From: Gemmatimonadales bacterium
GTDB lineage: Bacteria; Gemmatimonadota; Gemmatimonadetes; Gemmatimonadales; GWC2-71-9
Length of the DNA stretch: 64,000 nucleotides
Direction of reading: 5' to 3'
Assembly (NCBI GenBank): GCA_025927545.1
Contig: JAICLE010000005.1
Location: forward strand, 720 to 64,719
This document shows, one piece after another, positions 58,128 to 64,000 of the stretch; the stretch's first letter is position 1, and each line of letters opens with the position of its first letter. The notes below the pieces were generated by a model that saw only the letters and a program-made list of their open reading frames with translations, did no database searches and was not told the origin of the DNA. The position numbers were made by a program, and so were the translations under genes.

Positions 58128-59287
58128 GCCACGGACTCCAGACGGGCGCGCAGGCGCGCGGTGAGAGTGGGACCCAGATAGAGCTGGGCCACGCGGTCGT
58201 CGTACACGAGCTCGCTGACTTTGCCGGCCGCCTGCACCTTGCCTTCGAACATGATGTAGGCCCGATCCACGATATCGAGGGTCTGTTCGACGTTATGATC
58301 GGTGATGAGCACGCCGATGCCCCGGTGCCTGAGGCCGGCGACGATGGTCTGGATGTCGTGCACCGCGATCGGGTCGACGCCCGCGAAGGGCTCGTCGAGC
58401 AGCATGAACTTGGGATCGGTCACCAGCGCCCGGGTGATCTCGAGGCGCCGGCGCTCGCCGCCGCTCAGGCTGTAGGCCCGGTTCCGCCGGAGATGCTTGA
58501 TCGACAACTCGTCGAGCATGCGGTCGAGCTGGCGCTGGCGGTCCGCCCGCGACAGGTCCCTCGTCTCCAGGATGGCCAGAATGTTTTCCTCGACCGTCAT
58601 CTTCCGGAAGATCGAGGGTTCCTGGGCCAGGTATCCGATCCCCGCCCGGGCCCGCTCGTACATCGGCGCCCGGGTCAGGTCGAGCCCGTCGAGCCGCACA
58701 TGCCCGGCGTCCGGCCGGATGAGTCCCGTTATAAGGTAGAAGGTCGTGGTCTTTCCCGCCCCGTTGGGGCCGAGCAGTCCCACGATCTCCCCCTGTGCCA
58801 CGCGGACGCTCACCTCGTTCACGACCCGCCGGCCCTTGAAACTCTTGACGAGGCGCACGCCCTCCAGGACGCTGGTGGCGGCACGCGACGGCGTCGCCGG
58901 CCGGGAGCGCTGGGCCGCGCGCCGGGCCGCGGCGACCAGCGCGTCGTAGATCGCCCGCCGGTCCTCCGCGTCCGCGCCCCACCAGGCGACCCGCGGCCGT
59001 ACCGGGTTCCACTCCGTCTCCGCGGTGTCGAGGATCCAGCCCTCGGTGGCCAGGCGCGGCAGGACGGAGCGGCCCAGGTGGGCGCGGGTCTCGTCGCCCG
59101 TGATCTCCTGCTCCTTGGCGGTGCCGATCGCCTGGTAGCAGGCGAGGTGCGCCTCGCGGTAGGTCATCACGAGGTCGGCGAAGGGGGCCGAGTCGCTCGG
59201 CCCCGCGGCCTTGGTGATCGCGGCGAGCCCGATGGCGACGGAGGGATCCCGGTCGCCGAGCGCGGCGATCCATTCGGGGGCGGTCAC
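58124..59287 (-). CDS. lptB: LPS export ABC ATPase LptB with ~140-aa N-terminal extension
   Basis: GLLGPNGAGKTTTFY, GYLAQEPSIFRK, LSGGERRRLEI, LDEPFAGVDP, ITDHNV; GTGA-overlap start at 59287. Confidence 0.93.
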   Translation of the reverse strand: MTAPEWIAALGDRDPSVAIGLAAITKAAGPSDSAPFADLVMTYREAHLACYQAIGTAKEQEITGDETRAHLGRSVLPRLATEGWILDTAETEWNPVRPRVAWWGADAEDRRAIYDALVAAARRAAQRSRPATPSRAATSVLEGVRLVKSFKGRRVVNEVSVRVAQGEIVGLLGPNGAGKTTTFYLITGLIRPDAGHVRLDGLDLTRAPMYERARAGIGYLAQEPSIFRKMTVEENILAILETRDLSRADRQRQLDRMLDELSIKHLRRNRAYSLSGGERRRLEITRALVTDPKFMLLDEPFAGVDPIAVHDIQTIVAGLRHRGIGVLITDHNVEQTLDIVDRAYIMFEGKVQAAGKVSELVYDDRVAQLYLGPTLTARLRARLESVA

Positions 59288-60684
59288 CGGGCCCTCCCGC
59301 GCTTCCGGGCGGTGTCGGCCGGGGTGGCGGTCGAATCGGTCGCGGCCTCGAGCTGGATCCCGTCCACCTTGCCGCGAATGTCCACCCGCTCCACGCCGCC
59401 GTCCGGCGCGGGGTCCATGGTGACCGTGATCGCGTCGCCCCGGGCGTAGTTGATGGACGGCCGCCGGGGCGCGCTGGCGTTGCGCTCCAGGTGGTAGGAC
59501 TGCGCCCCCGTCCGCGCCTCGATGCGGCTCAGCACCGCGCGCTTCCGGCCGGCGGAATCGGCCACCGCGAACCGGGCGATGACGGTATCGCCCCGCATCC
59601 AGTCCCGGTCCTTCGCGGCCGAGTCCACGGTGCCGCCGAGCCATGCCTTGCCGAAGCCGCGCACCTCCTTGAGGAGCTGCCCGGGCGATTCGAGCACGAG
59701 CGAGTCGGCCCGCATCGCATAGCTCGGCGAGACCGCGTAGGGCCGCGTCGTCTTCCCCCAGGCCACCGTGCGCTCCAGCTTCCGGTCGGTAAGGTCGAGC
59801 GCGATGGTGTCAGCCACGAGATCCCACTCGCCGTTCACGGCGTGGCCCGCGCCCTTGGCCACGACCCGGTCGAGCTCACGCTGCTCGAGCCGCAGGTCGA
59901 TCCGTTTCCCGGTGAGCCGGAAGCTGTCGGGGCCAAGGCCGTGCAGGACCGGCTCGCCGCCCAGAAGCGTGCCGTCGCTCCCCGCGCCGGTGTCGAGCCG
60001 CATCGAGTCGGAGCGGGCGGCGAAGTCGCTCCGGTCGATCGTGACCTTGCCGCCGGCAAAGATCCGGTCGTTGCCCTTGAACCGGACGCGATCGGCCACG
60101 ATCAGGTACGGCTCGGGACGGCGTCCGGTGGCGGCGCTGTCGGCCTCGACGTACTGGATCTTCGGGCGGCCGACGGCGTACATCTCGAGCGTATCGCGCA
60201 CGCCGGGCACCGCGCGGTAGTAGTCGAGCGATGGACCGGTCAAGGTCGAGCCGGTCTCGAGATTCTTCGTGCTCACGTCGCCACGCGCGGCCCAGCGTTC
60301 CCCGTTCTTGTAGTACGTCCCGCGGTCGGCGTCCATGGTGAGCGTCGAATCCCGGTACTTCACGTGCCCGATGAACTGCACCACGTTGCCGCCGTACGCG
60401 GCGACGCTGTCGCTCTGCATGGCGATCTCGGTGCCGCGGCAGCTCAACCGCACGTTGCCGCCGGCGAAATAGTTGGTCCCGGTCGGGGTCTCGTTGACGG
60501 CGCCCCGGCGATCCACATTATCGATCTGGAACACGCAGCGCTCGGAGGCGGGCGCGGGCGGCGCGGGAGCCGGAGGCTTGCGCCCGGCCGGCTGCTGCGC
60601 GGCGGCCCCCGTGACCAGCGCCAGGCACGCGATGACCGTCGTCCCGGGCGCTCTGGCGCCGAGCCCCGCGCGGCGTCCCGTCAC
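59284..60684 (-). CDS. Long OstA/LptA-like beta-jellyroll periplasmic protein
   Basis: Signal peptide; repeated beta-strand motifs (GNVRL, GHVKY, ADSL, GDTV, RGDAI); located between lptC and lptB. Confidence 0.75.
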   Translation of the reverse strand: MTGRRAGLGARAPGTTVIACLALVTGAAAQQPAGRKPPAPAPPAPASERCVFQIDNVDRRGAVNETPTGTNYFAGGNVRLSCRGTEIAMQSDSVAAYGGNVVQFIGHVKYRDSTLTMDADRGTYYKNGERWAARGDVSTKNLETGSTLTGPSLDYYRAVPGVRDTLEMYAVGRPKIQYVEADSAATGRRPEPYLIVADRVRFKGNDRIFAGGKVTIDRSDFAARSDSMRLDTGAGSDGTLLGGEPVLHGLGPDSFRLTGKRIDLRLEQRELDRVVAKGAGHAVNGEWDLVADTIALDLTDRKLERTVAWGKTTRPYAVSPSYAMRADSLVLESPGQLLKEVRGFGKAWLGGTVDSAAKDRDWMRGDTVIARFAVADSAGRKRAVLSRIEARTGAQSYHLERNASAPRRPSINYARGDAITVTMDPAPDGGVERVDIRGKVDGIQLEAATDSTATPADTARKRGRAR

Positions 60685-61247
60685 TGTTCCTGGCCCGGCA
60701 GCAGCAGCCCGTCGCCGGCGACGCCGCGCGGGCGGTCGGTGACGACGTTCTTGAAGTCGGGGTCGGAGGTGAAGCTGTTCCCTTCCAGGTGCTCCGTGCC
60801 CTTGTCGAAGGTGAAGTGGGTGCTCGTCGAGATGGTGTTCTTCGCGTTGTCGTACCGGAGATTCGCGGTGCGCAGCGTCCGCCCGTCCGGCGACACGACG
60901 ACCACCGTGCTCTCGGCATCCATCGACCCGTCCTGCCAGCGATATGTGCCCCGTTTGGCGGTGAGCGTGGAGCCTTCTTCGCCGCGCGCGTCGAAGAAGA
61001 CGACCCGGATATTGCGCAGGTCCGTGATCTGGCTGGCCTCGTAGAAATATGCCGTGTCGGCATCCACCCGGCTCCGCCGGATGCCCTCCCGGGTGACATA
61101 GTGCGAGAACCCCTCGAGCACCTGGTCGGCACTGTCGGGCGCCTGAACGGTGGTCGTGGGCTTGGCCCCACTCTCTTCACAGCCGGCGAGCACGGCACAG
61201 GCCGAGAGGATGACCAGTGCGTCTCTTCCAAGGCTCCCGCTTCTCAC
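60681..61247 (-). CDS. lptC: LPS export periplasmic protein LptC (lipobox LAGC)
   Basis: ADTAYFY, STLTAKRG, GRTLRTANLRYD, GNSFTSDPDF; position in the kdsD-lptC-lptA-lptB operon. Confidence 0.85.
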   Translation of the reverse strand: MRSGSLGRDALVILSACAVLAGCEESGAKPTTTVQAPDSADQVLEGFSHYVTREGIRRSRVDADTAYFYEASQITDLRNIRVVFFDARGEEGSTLTAKRGTYRWQDGSMDAESTVVVVSPDGRTLRTANLRYDNAKNTISTSTHFTFDKGTEHLEGNSFTSDPDFKNVVTDRPRGVAGDGLLLPGQEQ

Positions 61248-62209
61248 ACCGCCCCCGCCCGCATCAGATCGTGCAGGTGCACCGCACCGACCACGGCGCC
61301 GCCGCCATCCACCACCGGCAGAGCGATGACGCCGTGCCGCTCCATCGTGCCGACCGCCGCGGCGGCGAGCTCGTCGGCGGCCGCGGTGCGCGGTGCGCGC
61401 GTCATGACGGATGCCACGGGGCAATCGAGGAAATCGGAATCGCGCTCCGCCAGACGGGTGAGATCGCCGGTCGTGAGCACGCCGGCAAGCCGGCCATCGT
61501 CCACCACGAGCGCCAGTCCGCGATCGCGCGCCAGGCTCACCACCGCCTCCCGCATCGTGGCCGCGGGCCCGAGCAGGTGCACCGGGCGGACCATCACGTC
61601 CCTCACGCGGAGCAGCAGCCTGCGGCCGAGCGAGCCGCCGGGATGGAGTGCCGCGAAGTCCTCGCGGCGGAACCCCTTCACCTCCAGCAGGGCGATGGCC
61701 AGCGCGTCGCCCAGCGCGAGGGCGACCGTCGTACTCGTCGTCGGCGCGAGACCGTGGGGGCAGGCCTCGTCGGCGACCCCGCCGTCGAGTGCCACCGTGG
61801 CCACCCGCGCGAGCGTCGAGCCCATGGCACCGGTGATCGCGACGAGCGGCACGCCCGTCCGCTGCAGCGCGCCCACCAGCCCGAACAGCTCTTCCGACTC
61901 GCCACTCTTGCTCAGCACGATGGCCGCGTCGCTGGGCCGGACGAGCCCGAGGTCGCCGTGCAGCGAATCCACCGGATGGACGTAGCTGGCCGGCGTGCCG
62001 GTCGAGGTCAGCGTGGCCGCCAGCTTCCGCGCGATGAGCCCCGACTTGCCGACGCCCGACACGATGACCCGGCCCGAGGCGTCGGCCAGCAGCCGCACGG
62101 CGCGCGCGAACCGGTCATCGAGCCGTTCGGCGGCCGCGACGACGGCGGCGGCCTCCTGTTCCAGCACCTGGCGCCCGAGGGCGGTGAGGGCCGGAGTCTC
62201 AAAGGGCAC
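61244..62209 (-). CDS. kdsD: Arabinose-5-phosphate isomerase (KpsF/GutQ; SIS + CBS)
   Basis: GVGKSG, STGTPA, HGDLG, EACP.GLAPTTST, HPGGSLG, VHLHDL. Confidence 0.95.
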   Translation of the reverse strand: MPFETPALTALGRQVLEQEAAAVVAAAERLDDRFARAVRLLADASGRVIVSGVGKSGLIARKLAATLTSTGTPASYVHPVDSLHGDLGLVRPSDAAIVLSKSGESEELFGLVGALQRTGVPLVAITGAMGSTLARVATVALDGGVADEACPHGLAPTTSTTVALALGDALAIALLEVKGFRREDFAALHPGGSLGRRLLLRVRDVMVRPVHLLGPAATMREAVVSLARDRGLALVVDDGRLAGVLTTGDLTRLAERDSDFLDCPVASVMTRAPRTAAADELAAAAVGTMERHGVIALPVVDGGGAVVGAVHLHDLMRAGAV

Positions 62210-62753
62210 GGGCCGCCGGCTCCGAGAAGTAGCGCTCGAGCATCTCCGGCCAGACGCCGCGCGCCCGGAGCAGCGCCTCGACCACTTCGCGCACCGCCCC
62301 GTGGCCGCCGGGCGCCCGGGTGACGAAGCTCGCCACCGCCTTCACCTCCGCCACGGCATTGGCGACCGCGATCGGAAGCCCCACGCGGCGGAGCACCTGC
62401 AGGTCCGCCAGGTCGTCGCCCACGAAGGCGACCTCCTCCCAGCCGAGGCTCCGGCGCTGGAGCAGGTCGCCGACGGCCTCGAGCTTCCGCGGACCAGGCA
62501 CCTGCAGCAGCTCGTCGATCGCGAGCTCGCGCGCGCGGAGCGCCGTGGCTTCCGAGTGCCGCCCGCTGACCCAGACGACGGGCAGCCCCGCGGTCCTGAG
62601 GAGCACGTGCCCGAGGCCGTCCTGGATATCGAATCGCTTCAGCTCGACCGGCCGGCCGTCCACCGGGCCCAGAAAAATGCCGTTGTCGGTGAGCACGCCG
62701 TCCACGTCGAGTCCGAGAAGGCGGATGCGCCCCGCGAGCGCCGGATCAATCAT
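62199..62753 (-). CDS. kdsC: KDO 8-phosphate phosphatase
   Basis: DVDGVLTD, KRFDIQDG, VGDDLAD, GGHGAVRE. Start may be GTG 62762. Confidence 0.93.
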   Translation of the reverse strand: MIDPALAGRIRLLGLDVDGVLTDNGIFLGPVDGRPVELKRFDIQDGLGHVLLRTAGLPVVWVSGRHSEATALRARELAIDELLQVPGPRKLEAVGDLLQRRSLGWEEVAFVGDDLADLQVLRRVGLPIAVANAVAEVKAVASFVTRAPGGHGAVREVVEALLRARGVWPEMLERYFSEPAARAL

Positions 62754-63555
62754 GGGCGTCACGCGCGCGGGACCAGAGATCGAGCGTCCGGCCGAGCAGC
62801 GCGTCGAGCTGGTCGAGCGGCCACTGGGTGGCCGCGTCGCTCAGGGCACGCGCCGGATCGGGGTGGGTCTCCAGAAAGAATCCGTCGGCGCCGGCCACAG
62901 CCGCGGCGGCGAGCAGCGCCGGGATGTGCTCCCGCGCGCCGCCGCTGGCCCCATCGACGCCCCGCCCGGGCTGCTGCACGGCGTGCGTGGCGTCGAAGAC
63001 TACCGGGGCGCCGGTGCTCTCCCGCAGACGGGCGAAGCTCCGCATGTCCACCACGAGATCGCCATAGCCGAAGAAGGTCCCGCGCTCGGTGACCGCCAGA
63101 TCCGCCCCGCCCGCCGCACGCACCTTCTCCAGCGCGCCGGCCATCGCCTCGGGCTGCAGCCACTGGCCCTTCTTGACGTTGACGGGGCGGCCGGTGCGCC
63201 CCGCGGCGGTGAGCAGGTCGGTCTGCCGGCAGAGGAACGCCGGAATCTGCAGCGCGTCGGCCACTGCCGCCGTGGGGGCGGCCTGCGCCGCCTCGTGGAT
63301 GTCGGTCAGCACCGGCAGGCCGCTCACGGCGCGGACCCGCTCGAGCGCCCGGAGGCCCTCGTCCAGCCCCGGGCCGCGGGCGGCGCCGAGCCGCGCGCGG
63401 TTGGCCTTGTCGAAACTCGCCTTGAAGCAGATGGGAATCCCGCGGGACGCGCCGAGCCGCGCGAGCGTCTCCGCTACGCGCGGGAGCACGTCACCCGGCT
63501 CGATGACGCAGGGCCCGGCGATCAGGAACGGCGCACGTCCGAACGACCATGCCAT
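62746..63555 (-). CDS. kdsA: KDO 8-phosphate synthase
   Basis: IAGPCVIE, KASFDKANR, QIPAFLCRQT, KKGQ, ERG, DATH.VQ.PG, ETHPDP. Confidence 0.96.
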   Translation of the reverse strand: MAWSFGRAPFLIAGPCVIEPGDVLPRVAETLARLGASRGIPICFKASFDKANRARLGAARGPGLDEGLRALERVRAVSGLPVLTDIHEAAQAAPTAAVADALQIPAFLCRQTDLLTAAGRTGRPVNVKKGQWLQPEAMAGALEKVRAAGGADLAVTERGTFFGYGDLVVDMRSFARLRESTGAPVVFDATHAVQQPGRGVDGASGGAREHIPALLAAAAVAGADGFFLETHPDPARALSDAATQWPLDQLDALLGRTLDLWSRARDAHD

Positions 63556-64000
63556 CAGCGTCCGATCTCGGCCAGCTCCTTCGCCGCCGCGTCCGGCGTA
63601 CCGCCCTGGCGGTGCCGGAGCGCCGCGCCGACGAACCCGGCAAAGAGCGGATGCGGGCGGGTGGGCCGCGACTTGAGCTCCGGATGGAACTGGCAGCCGA
63701 TGAACCACGCGTGGTCCGGAAGCTCGATCGTTTCCACCAGACCCCCGTCGGGCGACTGGCCCGACAGCCGGAGCCCGTATTCGGCAAGCACGTCGCGGTA
63801 GGCGTTGCTCACTTCCCAGCGGTGGCGGTGGCGCTCGCTGATCTCGGTCGTGCCATACGCCTGCGCCACGCGCGAGCCCGGGCGGAGCCGCGCGGTGTAG
63901 GCGCCCAGCCGCATGGTGCCGCCCATCGTGCTGACGTCGCGCTGCGACTGCATGAGCGCGATGACCGGTGAGGCGCACTCGGGGGCAAACTCGGTGCTGT
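63555..64000 (-). CDS. pyrG: CTP synthase, C-terminal part (truncated by window edge)
   Basis: [31 protein letters not shown]. Confidence 0.95.
   Translation of the reverse strand, partial: STEFAPECASPVIALMQSQRDVSTMGGTMRLGAYTARLRPGSRVAQAYGTTEISERHRHRWEVSNAYRDVLAEYGLRLSGQSPDGGLVETIELPDHAWFIGCQFHPELKSRPTRPHPLFAGFVGAALRHRQGGTPDAAAKELAEIGR

Overview
High-GC bacterial chromosome segment. Gene content and order (prfB-lysS-lolC/lolD-mcsA-mcsB-clpC-bamA-skp-lpxD-lpxC/fabZ-lpxA-lpxB-lpxK, bshC, DUF512-der-plsY-gpsA, pyrG-kds-lpt-rpoN) suggest Gemmatimonadota; this is inferred from synteny. The window appears to span the replication terminus. All credible genes left of ~49.6 kb are on + (one exception), all genes to the right are on -, and a 28-bp XerCD dif-like site (49596-49623) sits at the convergence point, followed directly by DnaA-box-like 9-mers. 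The most unusual accessory feature is a ~1 kb islet at tRNA-Gly(CCC). It is bounded on the left by a decayed copy of the tRNA 5' half behind a strong promoter, carries the only minus-strand gene left of dif, and holds a possible degraded tyrosine-integrase C-terminus. This looks like an element that restored the 5' end, not the usual 3' end, of its target tRNA. Other points: the prfB +1 frameshift with a weak internal SD, a putative N-methyl-bacillithiol gene pair, an unusual Lpt set (LptB with an extra N-terminal domain, lipoprotein-type LptC, very long LptA-like protein), a YfhO-type glycosylation cassette, and a copper radical oxidase with a candidate sigma54 promoter. No CRISPR array, rRNA or intact mobile element was seen. 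All calls come from reading motifs by eye; no database searches were run.
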